The position numbers and the translations under genes are program-made. 64,000 nt of DNA from an uncultured Desulfobacterales bacterium (GTDB lineage Bacteria > Desulfobacterota > Desulfobacteria > Desulfobacterales > SpSt-501): assembly GCA_938048455.1 (NCBI GenBank), contig CALIUY010000003.1, positions 27,206 through 91,205 of the forward strand, given 5' to 3'. Shown here piece by piece: positions 1 through 13,729 of this stretch. The notes under the pieces are model-generated. The model ran no database searches. It was not told the origin of the DNA and was given only the letters and a program-made list of their open reading frames with translations. The first letter of the stretch is position 1, and every line of letters starts with the position of its first letter.

Positions 1-2
1 TC

Positions 3-1567
3 GACCGCCGACGCCGGGCGCGCGATCAGGACGCGGCGCTTTCGGCCTACTTCCGCGCCGCTCCCCCCGAGGATGCCGCCTGGGCCGCCAGCCTGCTCAT
101 CGGGCGAAAACCCCGGCAGGCCGTCCCGACCGCCCGCCTGCGGCGCTTCGCCGCAACGGCGGCGAACATTCCGGATTGGCTGTTCGCAGCGTGCTACGAA
201 CAGGTGGGGGATCTCGCCGAGACGATCACCTTGCTGCTCCCCGAGGGCGGCGGTCTCGAGGAGATCCCTCTCCACGTCTGGCTCGAGCAGCGGCTCCCCG
301 CGCTGCACGGCCTGGAGGAGGAACGACAACGCCGCATCGTTCTCGAAACCTGGCACGGTCTCGACCGCACGGCGCGCCTGGTGTGGAACAAGCTCGTGAC
401 CGGCGGCTTCCGCGTGGGAGTCTCCCGCCGCAAGGTGATCCGCTCCCTCTCGCGGCTCTCGGGCGTAGACGAGGGGGTGATCGACCGCCGCCTCCTGGGC
501 GCTTGGAGCCCTTCGGCCGAGGCCTGGCGGGCGCTTTTGCAGCCGGCCGACGCCGCCTCCGATGCCGGGCGCCCCTACCCTTTCTGCTTGGCGCACCCCC
601 TGGACCTGCCTTTGGGGGCGCTGGGCGAACCGGAAAAATGGCTGATCGAGTGGAAGTGGGACGGCGTCCGCGCCCAGATCGTCCGCCGCGGCGGGGAAGC
701 CCTGCTCTGGTCGCGCGGCAAGGAGGGGATATCCGCGGCGTTCCCGGAAATCCGGGCCGCGGCGGAGCTTCTCCCCGCGGACTGCGTGCTCGACGGCGAG
801 ATCCTCGCCTGGGACGGGGATCGCCCGCTCGATTTCGGGCTCCTGCAGCGCCGTCTCGGCCGGCGGGATCCCGGCAAGCGCTTGCTTTCGCGGATCCCGG
901 TCGTCTGGATGGGCTACGACCTGCTCGAGGAAGAGGGATGCGACCGCCGGTCGCTTCCGCTCGCCGCCCGCCGCGAGGCGCTCGCGAGGCGGCTCGCGGC
1001 GGCGGCCGATCCGCGGCTGCGGCTTTCCCCCGCGCTGCGCGTCACGGGCTGGGAGGAGGTCGCCCGGCGACGCCACGAGGCCCGCGGCCGCGGAGCCGAG
1101 GGGCTGATGCTCAAGCGCCGCGATTCCCCTTACGCCGTGGGCAGGCCCCGGGGAATCTGGTATAAATGGAAGGCGGAACCCTACCGGGTCGACGCCGTGC
1201 TCACCTACGCCCGGCGGGGTCACGGCCTGCGCGCCGGGCTGTATACGGATTACACCTTTTCGGTGTGGGATGCAGACCGTCTCGTCCCCTTCGCCCGAGC
1301 CTACTCCGGGCTGGACGCCGCCGAGATCCGCGCGGTGGACCGCTTCATCCGCGCCAACGCCCGCGAGCGCTTCGGCCCGGTGCGGGCGGTGAAACCGGAG
1401 CTCGTCTTCGAGATCGTCTTCGAAGACATCCGCCGCTCGGAGCGCCACAAGTCCGGGGTCGCGGTCCGCTTTCCGCGCATCGCGCGCCTGCGACGCGACA
1501 AGCCGGCCGAGGAGGCCGACACGGTGGAGACGCTCCGGGCTTTGATCGCCCAGAAAGAAACGACGCC

Positions 1568-1571
<4 letters not shown>
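3..1571 (+). CDS. ATP-dependent DNA ligase, 5' end cut by window edge
   Basis: Frame stays open from base 3 upstream of listed ORF 204..1571. KxDG adenylation motif in EWKWDGVRAQ; later GLMLKRRDSPY and IWYKWK motifs. Stop overlaps the next start (ATGA). Confidence 0.85.
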
Positions 1572-2949
<1,378 letters not shown>

Positions 2950-2950
<1 letters not shown>

Positions 2951-3885
2951 TGCCGCCCACGGCCTTTCCCTCCGGGACCAAGCCCCCGGGCGAGAGCGGC
3001 GGCGACCGGCTCGTGCGTTTCCTGCTCGCCGGCGGAAGCGTCCGCGGCGCCGTGGTGGACGGCTCGCGGCTGGTCGCGGACATGCGACGCCGGCACGAGC
3101 TCGGGGTCCTCGAAACCGTCGTCTTGGGCCGCGCCTTCCTCGGGCTGGCCCTGCTGTCTTCCGGTCTGAAGGGGGAGGATCGCTTGGCGTTGCAGATCCG
3201 CTGCACCGGCCCGATCCGGGGGTTGAGCGTCGAGGCGAACGCCTCCGGGGAAATCCGCGGCTTTCTCGAGCAGGTCCCGATCCCCGTCGAAGGTCCCCTC
3301 GAGGACCTGGACCTCCGCCGTTTCTTCGGCGCGGGGCTGCTCTCCGTCACCCGCGTGATCGAAGGGGCCCGGCGGCCGTTCACCGGAAGGGTCGAGCTGG
3401 CCTACGGCAACCTGGCCCTGGATCTCGCCCACTACTGTCTGGTCTCCGAACAGATCCCCACGGCCTTCAACCTGAGTCTTCCCCTGGACCGCGACGGGAC
3501 GGTACCGGGGGCGGGGGGACTCATGCTGCAGGCGATGCCCGAGGCGATAGACCGCCTGCTCGCCGACCTGGAGCGGATCGTCGCCGACTTTCCGTCCTTG
3601 GGGGAACGCTTCGCCCGCGGCGAGCCCCCCGAGGCGATCGTCGCGAGCGCCTTCGCGCCCTGGGAACCCGTTGTTCTCGACTCCCGCACCGTCGCCTTCC
3701 GCTGCCCCTGCCACCGCGCGCGCATCGAGTCCCTGTTGCACCTGCTTCCGATCTCGGAACTCAAGGAGATGCGGGACCACGGCCCGTTTCCGATCGAGAT
3801 CCGCTGTCGCAACTGCAACGCGCGCTACCCCTTCGGCCGCGAGGAGATCGCCCGCATCTACGGCAGCCGCTATCCCGACAATTGA
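2950..3885 (+). CDS. hslO: Hsp33 family redox-regulated chaperone
   Basis: ATG 2950 overlaps the asnS stop (TGATG). C-terminal zinc-switch cysteines FRCPCH ... IRCRNCN are typical of Hsp33. Confidence 0.85.
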
Positions 3886-3913
3886 AGGCCCGGAAGGAAG
3901 GGGCGGCGGGGGA

Positions 3914-4561
3914 TCAGCCGGAAGGTTTGGCGGAGGATTTCTGCTTCAGCCCCTGCACCATGCGGTCGACCGTCATCCCGCCCGGCACCGCGGCGAGGGG
4001 ATTGATCGCGAGCAACTCTTCCCAGGCGCGGATCGCCCCGGCCTCATCCTTCAGGTCGTGCAGGAGGACGATCCCCTTGTTCAACCGCGAGATTTCGTGG
4101 CGCGGGTCGATCGTCATGGCCCGCTCGAAGCAGCGCACCGCCTCTTCCGGGTTCCCCTCCCTGCGGTACATGACCCCCATGTCGGTCCAGACGTCGGCGT
4201 TGTCCGGATCGAGCGCCAGCGCCCGGCGGTAGGCTTCGATCGCCTTGCGGGGCTGGTCGGTGTCGAAGTAGAGGTTGCCGAGTTCGACCCAGGCCGAAAG
4301 GCCGGCAGGGTTGCTCGCGGTCTGCGCTTCGAGCTCGCGGATGCGCTCGGCCATGGCCGGAGCGGAAGGAACCGCGGCGGTCGGAGTCCCGGATCCGTTT
4401 TCGCTCTCCGAGCGCCAGACCCCGAAAAGGACACCGCCGAAGAAGCCCACGGCAAGGGCAACCAGGGTAACGAGAAAAAGCGTTTCCTGACGCACGAATT
4501 TGCCTTCCTCCGGCGATCCGCCGCGGGTTTCCGGGGGCGGGGGGATGTTCTTCCGGGCCAT
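3914..4561 (-). CDS. membrane-anchored TPR repeat protein
   Basis: ATG 4561 within listed ORF 3914..5533. One TM helix (LFLVTLVALAVGFFGGVLFGV), then TPR-like repeats (AIEAYRRALALDPDNADVW, AVRCFERAMTIDPRH). Confidence 0.7.
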   Translation of the reverse strand: MARKNIPPPPETRGGSPEEGKFVRQETLFLVTLVALAVGFFGGVLFGVWRSESENGSGTPTAAVPSAPAMAERIRELEAQTASNPAGLSAWVELGNLYFDTDQPRKAIEAYRRALALDPDNADVWTDMGVMYRREGNPEEAVRCFERAMTIDPRHEISRLNKGIVLLHDLKDEAGAIRAWEELLAINPLAAVPGGMTVDRMVQGLKQKSSAKPSG

Positions 4562-4581
4562 GCATCCTCCTTCGGGGCGGC

Positions 4582-5457
4582 TCAACGCCGCACGGTGCGG
4601 GTTTCGATCCCCTGCGCCGCCAATTCCCGCCGCTGCTTTTCGGCCGAGGCCGCATCGGCGAAGGCGCCCACCACAAGCCGCAACGGCCTTCCCGGGTCCT
4701 CGAGGAGGTAAGCATCCCATCCCCGAGCCGCGATCCGCTCGCGCAAGAGGGCGGCTTCCTGCGGGTCGGAGAACTCGCCCGCGAGATTCCCGAAAGGCGT
4801 TTTCACGGGAACCGCCTCGCCGATCCCCAGCTCGCGGCGCGCCGCCAGCGCCTCGGGGAGGCTGCGGTAGGCTCCGAGAAGAAGCCGCCACCACGTGCCC
4901 TTCTCGCCCAGCTCGGCCTGGACCAGGTAGGGGTTCAAGCCCCGTTGCCGCCAGGAGCGCTGCGCGGCGAGCGCGTTTTCCCGCCGGCGCAGGCTTTCGA
5001 CCAGCAGCGAAAAGGGCCGCGGCTCGGGCGGCGCCGCGACGACAGGCGGGGCGGACTCCGGCGGCGGGGGGCCGGCCGAAGGGATCTCCCGCGTCGCGGC
5101 AGCCGCGGAAGCGGCGGAGTCCTGGACGACCGACGGGGGCGGTGGGGGCGGGGCGGCCGCTTCCTCCGGCAGTTTCCCTGCAGCGTCGGGGGTCTCCGAA
5201 GGCGCCGCCGCCGGGGCCTCGGGCAGACGGCCGCGGACCATCGGCTCCCGGGCATCCGCGGCGGCGGGGCTCGATGCGGGAAGGGGAGGAAGCGGCTTGG
5301 TCACGACCGTCCGGCCGCTGCCGACGGGGGATCCGGCGGAAGCGGGCCGTGGACCCCCTCCGTCGAGGAAGAGGCCGACGGCTCCGCTCCCGATCAGGGC
5401 GCCCACGATCAGGGGCCCGGCGAAGCGCAAGGCAAGGGGAAGGCGAACAGCGTTCAT
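4582..5457 (-). CDS. SPOR domain-containing protein (two SPOR-like repeats, Pro/Ala-rich linker)
   Basis: N-terminal TM segment and a proline-rich spacer. C-terminal repeats FSLLVESLRRRENALA..WWRLLLGAY and LRLVVGAFADAASAEKQRREL resemble peptidoglycan-binding SPOR domains. Confidence 0.65.
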   Translation of the reverse strand: MNAVRLPLALRFAGPLIVGALIGSGAVGLFLDGGGPRPASAGSPVGSGRTVVTKPLPPLPASSPAAADAREPMVRGRLPEAPAAAPSETPDAAGKLPEEAAAPPPPPPSVVQDSAASAAAATREIPSAGPPPPESAPPVVAAPPEPRPFSLLVESLRRRENALAAQRSWRQRGLNPYLVQAELGEKGTWWRLLLGAYRSLPEALAARRELGIGEAVPVKTPFGNLAGEFSDPQEAALLRERIAARGWDAYLLEDPGRPLRLVVGAFADAASAEKQRRELAAQGIETRTVRR

Positions 5458-5628
5458 GGCGGGTTCTCTCCGCGTCGGGGGGCGGCGGCCTCCCCGGAGG
5501 TCCGGGGGGCGACCCGGTGGACGGTCCTCTCATAGCCGATCGACCGCGAAAGGTAAAGCGGGCCCGCGGCGCAACCGCCGCAAAAGCCTGTCTTTGACGC
5601 GGCGGATGTGATAGTTATGTTCTTCGCC

Positions 5629-7716
5629 ATGAGGAAAATCCTCGTCCTTCTTTGTTCCGCCCTGGGGATCGCCGGGGCCGCGGCGCCGGAGGTCGCGCTT
5701 TCGGCCGCCCGGCCGATGGAGGTCGAGCATCGCCTGGAGCTCGAGCTCCATCCGGCACAGCATCTTCTGGTCGGCCGCGATGAGCTGCGCGTCACCGGCG
5801 ACGGGCGCGCCCAGCTCGTCTTCTCGCTCTCCGAGCGGGCCCGGGATCTGGCCGTGGAAGTCAACGGTCGGCCGCGAAGCTTCACGTTCCGCGCCTCCTC
5901 CTTGGAAGTCCCGCTCACCCCCGAGGAGCGCGACGCCGCCATCGACGTCCGCATCGTTTATCAGGCCGTCTTCGACGACCCCGCGCCGCTCGGCCCCTTT
6001 CCCGCCGACAATCCGGGATTCGGGGTCTCGGCCCTGATCACGGAAGAGGGCGCGTTTCTGCTCCCCGGCGCGGGATGGTACCCGGATCTGATCAACGCCC
6101 GGGACCGCTTTCCCCGCATCCGCATCCAGGCGCCGCGGGGGATGCTGGCCGTAACCTCGGGACGCCCGCTCGGCCACGAAGCAGAGGGGGAAAGGAGCGT
6201 TTCCCGCTGGCAGGCCGAAGGGGTGCCGCGCGGTCTCGCCCTCGCGGCGGGCCGGTGGCGGCTGCGCACGAAGGCCGTCGGCGAAGTCTCGGCCGCCGTC
6301 TATTTCACGGAGGCGAACCTCGACCTCGCACCGGCCTACCTCGAAGCCGTCGAGAGTTTCCTGCGGCTTTACGCGGAGCTCTTCGGGCCCTACCCCTTTG
6401 CGCAGTTCGCCGTCGTGGAGAATTTTTTCCCCACGGGATACGGTTTCCCCTCTTTCACCCTGCTCGGGGGGTCCATTCTCCGCCTGCCTTTCATCCGCGA
6501 GCGAAGCCTCGCCCACGAGATCGCCCACTGTTGGTGGGGAAACGGCGTGCTCGTCGATCCCGAGCAGGGAAACTGGTCCGAAGGGCTCACGACCTACGTC
6601 GCCGACTACCTGCTCGCCGCCCGCCGCTCCGAGGAGGAGGCGCGCGAGGCGCGCCTGCAGAGCCTGCGCAACTTCGCCACCCTCGTCCCCCGGGAAAAGG
6701 ATTTCCCGCTGGCGCGCTTCACCCATCGCCACGACCCCGTATCCCGTGCGGTCGGCTACGACAAGGCGATGATGGTCTTTCACATGCTCCACCGGCAGCT
6801 CGGCGAGGAGGTCTTCTGGGGGGCGCTGCGCGACCTCTTCGCCGCCCGCCGTTTCCAGCCGACCGGCTGGGATCACATCCGGGAAGCCTTTGAAAGGCGG
6901 GCCGGGGTCGGGCTCGCCGGGTTCTTCGATCCCTGGGTGGGACGGCGGGGGGCCCCGGAGATCGAGCTCCAAGGGGTCGAGCGCACCCCGACGGCGGGGG
7001 AGGGCTGGAAGGTTTCCGGCCGTCTGGTGCAGTCGGGCGTTCCCTTTCCCGTGGATCTCGAGCTTGTCCTGTACACCGCGTCCGGCGCGAGCACGCACCG
7101 CGTCGCGCTTCGCGGCCGGGAAACGGAATTCGCCTTCGACGCGTCCGGAGAGCCTCTCGAACTGCGGCTCGATCCGGAATATCACGCGCTGCGGCGGCTG
7201 TCTCCCGAAGAAATCCCCTCCACGGTCAACAGCCTGCGGGGAAGCCCGGCGGCGACGCTTTTCTGCGGGCCGCCGGAATCCCAAGACCTCGCCCGCACGC
7301 TGGCCGAAGCGCTCGGACTGCGCGACGGGCGTTTCCTTCCCCTCCCCCCCGCCGACCCGGCCGCCTGGCGGGATTGGAACGTCATCTTTTTGGGGATCCC
7401 CGCCGACGGGCGGTGGCTCGCCCGCATCCCGGAAGGGGGCGAATTCTCCGCACAGGCGCCTTTCGCCGCCGGCCCGGGGGAACTCCTCTTTCTGGTCTCC
7501 GCCCACCCGGCGGCGGAGGATCGCGTGGTCGCCTTCTTTTCCGACCCCGCCTCGCCCTGGGCCTATCGGGCGGCCGCGCTTCTGCCCCACTACGGGCGCT
7601 ACAGCCGTCTCGTCTTCCAGGAAGGACGGGTCCGCGAGCGGCGGACCTGGGAGACGGCCAATGCCAAAGGAACCCACCGATGGACCCCTTCGGCCGGCGG
7701 ACGCTCCGCCTCCTGA
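5629..7716 (+). CDS. M1 family zinc metallopeptidase (aminopeptidase N-like), secreted
   Basis: HEXXH-18-E gluzincin signature (HEIAHCWWGN ... WSEGLTTY). Signal peptide MRKILVLLCSALGIAGAAA. ATG 5629 preferred over GTG 5608. Confidence 0.8.
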   Translation: MRKILVLLCSALGIAGAAAPEVALSAARPMEVEHRLELELHPAQHLLVGRDELRVTGDGRAQLVFSLSERARDLAVEVNGRPRSFTFRASSLEVPLTPEERDAAIDVRIVYQAVFDDPAPLGPFPADNPGFGVSALITEEGAFLLPGAGWYPDLINARDRFPRIRIQAPRGMLAVTSGRPLGHEAEGERSVSRWQAEGVPRGLALAAGRWRLRTKAVGEVSAAVYFTEANLDLAPAYLEAVESFLRLYAELFGPYPFAQFAVVENFFPTGYGFPSFTLLGGSILRLPFIRERSLAHEIAHCWWGNGVLVDPEQGNWSEGLTTYVADYLLAARRSEEEAREARLQSLRNFATLVPREKDFPLARFTHRHDPVSRAVGYDKAMMVFHMLHRQLGEEVFWGALRDLFAARRFQPTGWDHIREAFERRAGVGLAGFFDPWVGRRGAPEIELQGVERTPTAGEGWKVSGRLVQSGVPFPVDLELVLYTASGASTHRVALRGRETEFAFDASGEPLELRLDPEYHALRRLSPEEIPSTVNSLRGSPAATLFCGPPESQDLARTLAEALGLRDGRFLPLPPADPAAWRDWNVIFLGIPADGRWLARIPEGGEFSAQAPFAAGPGELLFLVSAHPAAEDRVVAFFSDPASPWAYRAAALLPHYGRYSRLVFQEGRVRERRTWETANAKGTHRWTPSAGGRSAS

Positions 7717-8534
7717 TCGCGACGGTTCTGCTCGGCGGGGCGCCGCTTTTCGCGGCGGAAGGGCCTGCCGCGTACGATGTGCGCCACGGCAGCCGGATCG
7801 GCCTCGGCGAGCTGGCCGACCGGTTGCGGGACACGCCGATCGTTCTCGTGGGCGAGCTTCACGGCCGGCCGCCGATCCAGCGCGGCCAGCTCCACGTGCT
7901 TCAGGCCCTGCACGCTTCGGGCAAACCTCTGGCGGTCGGGCTGGAGATGTTCCGCCGCGACCGCCAGGAGGCGCTCGACCGCTGGGTCGCGGGCGATCTT
8001 CCGGAGCGCGAATTTCAGGCGGTTTTCCGGGACAACTGGGGCGATTCCTGGTCCGCCTATCGCCCGATCTTCCTCTGGGCGCGCGAGCGCCGCGTGCCGC
8101 TCGTCGGCCTGAACGTTCCGCGCGAGATCACCCGCAAGGTGGCTCAGTCCGGCTTTGCTTCGCTGAGCGAACAGGAGCGCGGCCTTCTTGAGGGGGTCAC
8201 CTGCGAACTCGATCCCGCCTACCTCGATTACGTGCGCCGCGCCCACGGGGCGCACGGACACGGCGGCGGAGATTTTCTCTTCTTCTGCGAGGCGCAGATG
8301 GTCTGGGATGCGGCGATGGCCGTCCATGCGCTCGCCCATCTCGAGGCCCATCCGGAGCGATCGATGGTCATCCTGACGGGAATCGCCCACGCCCGCAAAG
8401 GGGCGGTCCCGCGGCAAATCGCCGCAAGAAGCCGGATGGCGACGGCGGTGATCCTCCCCGCCGTCCCGGGGCACCTCGATCCCGCGACCGTGCAGCCCGA
8501 AGACGGCGATTTTTTGCTTCTGGATCTGAAATGA
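7680..8534 (+). CDS. ChaN/Tiki-superfamily (DUF399) haem-binding-type protein, secreted
   Basis: ATG 7680 inside listed ORF 7374..8534. Signal peptide present. GExH motif (VLVGELHGRP) and ILTGIAHARKG are typical of the ChaN family. Confidence 0.65.
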   Translation: MDPFGRRTLRLLIATVLLGGAPLFAAEGPAAYDVRHGSRIGLGELADRLRDTPIVLVGELHGRPPIQRGQLHVLQALHASGKPLAVGLEMFRRDRQEALDRWVAGDLPEREFQAVFRDNWGDSWSAYRPIFLWARERRVPLVGLNVPREITRKVAQSGFASLSEQERGLLEGVTCELDPAYLDYVRRAHGAHGHGGGDFLFFCEAQMVWDAAMAVHALAHLEAHPERSMVILTGIAHARKGAVPRQIAARSRMATAVILPAVPGHLDPATVQPEDGDFLLLDLK

Positions 8535-9085
8535 GGTATTGCAGCGCCTGCGGCCATCCCGTACAGCTCGCCGTTCCCGCGGGCGACGACCGCCCGCGGC
8601 ACACCTGCCCTGCCTGCGGCGCCGTCCACTACCAGAACCCCCGGGTCGTGGTGGGAGCGATCGTCGAGCGGGAAAACCGCATCCTGCTCTGCCGGCGCGC
8701 GATCGAGCCGCGGCTCGGCTGGTGGACGCTCCCTGCGGGGTATCTCGAAAGCGGGGAAACCCTCGCCGCCGGGGCGGTGCGGGAAACCTGGGAGGAGGCG
8801 GGAGCCCGGATCGGGGAGCTCACCCCCTATCTCATGTTCAACATCGCCCACATCGGGCAAATTTACCTCCTCTTCCGCGCCCGCCTGCTCGAGGAGGGTT
8901 TCCGCCCGGGACGGGAGAGCCTGGAGGTGCGCCTGGTCCCGGAGGAGGAGATCCCCTGGGAGCGCATCGCCTTTCCGGTGATCGGCGAAACCTTGAAAAC
9001 CTATTTCCGCGACCGCCGCCGAGGAAGCTTTCCTTTCGCCATCGGCGACATCCTGCCGGCGGCGCATCCGGACGGGATCCGTTGA
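8531..9085 (+). CDS. NUDIX hydrolase with N-terminal zinc ribbon
   Basis: CSACG..CPACG zinc ribbon. Nudix box GWWTLPAGYLESGETLAAGAVRETWEEAG. ATGA overlap with the upstream stop. Confidence 0.85.
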   Translation: MRYCSACGHPVQLAVPAGDDRPRHTCPACGAVHYQNPRVVVGAIVERENRILLCRRAIEPRLGWWTLPAGYLESGETLAAGAVRETWEEAGARIGELTPYLMFNIAHIGQIYLLFRARLLEEGFRPGRESLEVRLVPEEEIPWERIAFPVIGETLKTYFRDRRRGSFPFAIGDILPAAHPDGIR

Positions 9086-9807
9086 TGGGCATCCGGAGTC
9101 ATGCGGCGTGGCTTCTCCGTCCCGGCCGTCTGCCGGCGCTGTGGCTTCTTCTGGCGTTGGGGGTCGCCTGCGGCGACGGCCGGGAACCCTCCGCTCCGAC
9201 CCCGGCCGTTGAGGGCGAAGGCATCTCCTTCTTCGGCATCGGCCGCGACTCGCGTTACAGCGAGGCGACGCGGCGGGAACTCGCGCGGCTCCTCGGCCGC
9301 GAAGCGATCGAGCGCCGGAGCCTGCTCGACCTGGAGATCCACTCCCGGGGCTTTCTGCGCGATCACCTGCCGGAAATCGACCGCCTCCAGCGGCGCCTGA
9401 ACGACCCCCCCGGCGAGCGCGTCGACCACGAGGTGACGCGTCTGATGTTCCGTTACGCGCGGCAGGCCGGGGCGCCTTTCGATCTCGTCGACCTGATCTT
9501 CGACGGCCCCACCGGCAAACCGCTTCTCTTCCGCATGCGCTTCCGGCGCGACGAAGCCGGCACCGTGGCGTCGCTCCGGGAACGCTACGGCGAGCCGGAA
9601 GTCGTGCCGTGGAAGAACGAGCCCGGGGAATCCTGGCTGTGGCGGCGCGGGGAGGATCTGCTGGTGCTTTCCTTCGTCCCGGATCAATTCGGACAGTCGG
9701 TCCACCGGGTCGACATCTATTTCGTCGCCAACCTCGAAGCGACCGCCGCCCGGCGTGAGCAGGCGCGGCGGGGGGGACGGGCGCCGAGCCCGCCGTCCCC
9801 GTTCTGA
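9085..9807 (+). CDS. hypothetical lipoprotein
   Basis: ATG 9085 overlaps the NUDIX stop. Lipobox-like LLLALGVAC. Coding-like composition; no recognisable domain. Confidence 0.55.
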   Translation: MGIRSHAAWLLRPGRLPALWLLLALGVACGDGREPSAPTPAVEGEGISFFGIGRDSRYSEATRRELARLLGREAIERRSLLDLEIHSRGFLRDHLPEIDRLQRRLNDPPGERVDHEVTRLMFRYARQAGAPFDLVDLIFDGPTGKPLLFRMRFRRDEAGTVASLRERYGEPEVVPWKNEPGESWLWRRGEDLLVLSFVPDQFGQSVHRVDIYFVANLEATAARREQARRGGRAPSPPSPF

Positions 9808-9827
9808 ACCCCGGGAGAGTCCGTCGC

Positions 9828-10667
9828 ATGACCGCCGTCCCCCCCCCCTCCGGACAGCGCTCCAGCGGAATTCTTTCCCGTCTGCGGGAGATCCTGCTTT
9901 TCCTGCTGGACCATCTCGCCTTCTGGCGGCGCTATTCGGCGCGCCGCTTGGCGAAAATCCTCGCCGCCCACGAGCTCTGGTACGGTTCGCGCCAGAAACA
10001 GGGACGCCGCGCGACCTTGAGCGGCGCCCATCTCCAGGGCGCCAATCTCGAGGAGGCCGATTTGCGACGCGCCGATCTCAGCCGGGCCCGCCTGCGCCAA
10101 GCCCGCCTCAACCTCGCCGACCTGCGCGAGGCCGACCTCTCGGGAGCCGCCCTGCAGCGCGCCGAGCTGCGCGACGCCGACCTGCGCGAGGCCAACTTGA
10201 GCGAGGCCGACCTGACCGAGGCCGACCTCACGCGCGCCAACCTGATCATGGCCAATCTGAGCCGCGCCACCCTCGTCCACGCGACGGCACGCGACGCCAA
10301 CCTCTTCCGGACCTATCTCAAAGGCGCCGATCTGACCGGCGCCGACCTGCGCGGCGCGGACCTGCGCGAGGCCAACCTGAGCCAGGCGGAGCTGAGCCAC
10401 GCCGACCTGAGCCATGCGAATTTCATCATGGCCAACCTCAGCCACGCCCGACTGCAAACCGCGGACCTGAAACACACCCATCTCTTCCGCGCCTACCTGC
10501 GCGGCGCGGACCTGCGGCGCGCCGACCTGCGCGGCGCCGATCTCGCCGGCGCGAACCTGCGCGCGGCGAATTTGAAAGACGCGCTGCTTTCGCCGGAGCA
10601 GCTGCAATCCGCCGTTCAGGACGAGCACACGATACTTCCCGACGGAAGAAGCCCCTCCGGGGGCTGA
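9828..10667 (+). CDS. pentapeptide repeat protein
   Basis: Long run of A(D/N)LxX pentads (ANLEEADLRRADLSRARLRQARLNLADLREADL...) across most of the protein. Confidence 0.9.
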   Translation: MTAVPPPSGQRSSGILSRLREILLFLLDHLAFWRRYSARRLAKILAAHELWYGSRQKQGRRATLSGAHLQGANLEEADLRRADLSRARLRQARLNLADLREADLSGAALQRAELRDADLREANLSEADLTEADLTRANLIMANLSRATLVHATARDANLFRTYLKGADLTGADLRGADLREANLSQAELSHADLSHANFIMANLSHARLQTADLKHTHLFRAYLRGADLRRADLRGADLAGANLRAANLKDALLSPEQLQSAVQDEHTILPDGRSPSGG

Positions 10668-10742
10668 CGGCCGCCGGGCCCCGGATCCCGCGCCGGACGC
10701 GGGTCCTTTCTCGACTCCTTCGAGACCTGGAAAGGATCGACC

Positions 10743-11453
10743 ATGAACCCTCCGCTTCGCATCGTCGCCTCGATCGTCGCCGCCGTCGCCCTCAGCGCCT
10801 GCGCGGGCGAGAGCCCCGCCCCTCCCTCCTCGGATCTCACTCGTTTCGAGCGGAAGATCAGCTACATCTTCGGCCGGGAAATCGGCCAGGGGCTGCGCGA
10901 TTCCCCGGTGGAGGTGGACCTGGATGCCTTTCTGCTGGGCCTGCGCGACGCGATGGCCCAGAACGCCTCGCGCCTCGCCGCCGAGGAGGAGCAGCAGGTG
11001 CGGATCGCCTTCGCGGCGAAAATGCAGGAAGAACAGGCCCGGCGCACCATCGCGCTCGCCGAGAAGAACGCCCGCGAGGAAGCGGCCTTCCTCGAACAAA
11101 ACCGTTCCGCGCCCGGAGTCGTCACCACGGCCAGCGGCCTGCAGATCCAGGTGCTGCGCGAAGGAAGCGGCTCCGCCCCCCAGGCGACCGATCGGGTGCG
11201 GGTCCACTACCGCGGAAGCCTCCTCGACGGCACCGAGTTCGACAGCTCCTACGCCCGCGAGGAACCGGCGGTCTTCGAGCTCGCCGGCGTCATCCCCGGC
11301 TGGGCGGAAGGGCTGCAGCGGATGAAGCCCGGGGGCAAGTACCGGCTGTGGATCCCCTCGAAGCTCGCCTACGGCGCCGAGGGGGCCGGGCGGGCGATCG
11401 GCCCCAACGCACTGCTCGTCTTCGAAGTCGAACCGATCGAGATCCTGAAATAG
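10743..11453 (+). CDS. FKBP-type peptidyl-prolyl isomerase (FkpA/Mip-like lipoprotein)
   Basis: Lipoprotein signal (VALSAC). N-terminal helical dimerisation region. FKBP core VHYRGSLLDGTEFDSSY ... VIPGWAEGLQRMKPGGKYRLWIPSKLAYG. Confidence 0.85.
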   Translation: MNPPLRIVASIVAAVALSACAGESPAPPSSDLTRFERKISYIFGREIGQGLRDSPVEVDLDAFLLGLRDAMAQNASRLAAEEEQQVRIAFAAKMQEEQARRTIALAEKNAREEAAFLEQNRSAPGVVTTASGLQIQVLREGSGSAPQATDRVRVHYRGSLLDGTEFDSSYAREEPAVFELAGVIPGWAEGLQRMKPGGKYRLWIPSKLAYGAEGAGRAIGPNALLVFEVEPIEILK

Positions 11454-11552
11454 CCGCGCCGCCAGGCGCGGCGCTTGCCAAAGCCGCCAAAGACGTCTAC
11501 TTTTTTTGGCTTCGGATGCCGGCAAGCGGATAGACGACCGAAAGGAGGTCCC

Positions 11553-11975
11553 ATGAAGGAGAAACGCAATCCGCACCTGAAGGTTCAGGAACTCTGCGAC
11601 TGCTACGCCACGACCGACCCCCTGCGCGAGATGTCGGCGATCGACCGCGAAGCGGACCGTGAGGAGGCCGCTCTCAAGTGGCTGGCGCTCGCCGCCCTGC
11701 ACGGAGTGAACCAGAACGCGGAGTCGATCACCCTGCGCCGGGACCGGGACGGCTCGTTCCGGGTCTTCGCCAAGTACCGCGTGACCGAGCTGCCCGCCCC
11801 GGGCCGCGAGGTGGGGGAGAAGATTCTCGCCGCCGTGCGCGAGATCACGCACCTCGAGGGGAAAAAGGGCAAGACGCCCCTGGCTCTGGGGATCCGCAAC
11901 GACAGCCTTGAACTCAAGATCAAGATCGACTCCGAGGGCGACGCCGCCAAGGTGAAGATCCGGTTCCCCGGTTGA
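11553..11975 (+). CDS. hypothetical protein
   Basis: ATG 11553 preceded by AAAGGAGG (11541-11548). 140 aa with coding-like composition; no motif recognised. Confidence 0.5.
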   Translation: MKEKRNPHLKVQELCDCYATTDPLREMSAIDREADREEAALKWLALAALHGVNQNAESITLRRDRDGSFRVFAKYRVTELPAPGREVGEKILAAVREITHLEGKKGKTPLALGIRNDSLELKIKIDSEGDAAKVKIRFPG

Positions 11976-12046
11976 AACCCGGCCGGAGTCCCGCGCCTTC
12001 CCCGGGGCTCCGGCGCTTCCTTCCCCGTTGACGAACGGAATCTTCC

Positions 12047-13718
<1,672 letters not shown>

Positions 13719-13729
<11 letters not shown>

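Noticed and set aside
1166-1567. Long N-terminal extensions of the listed ORFs for asnS, hslO, ChaN, IMPase, the 2Fe-2S protein and others.
   Set aside because: The extensions overlap the preceding, well-supported genes out of frame and are R/P/G-rich. Internal ATG starts show RBS or stop/start coupling and match expected N-termini.
10020-10600. Periodic DNA repeats (15-nt periodicity, GCCGACCTG-like units) that could be mistaken for a tandem repeat or CRISPR-like array.
   Set aside because: The periodicity is that of the pentapeptide-repeat coding sequence. There are no unique spacers and no cas genes.
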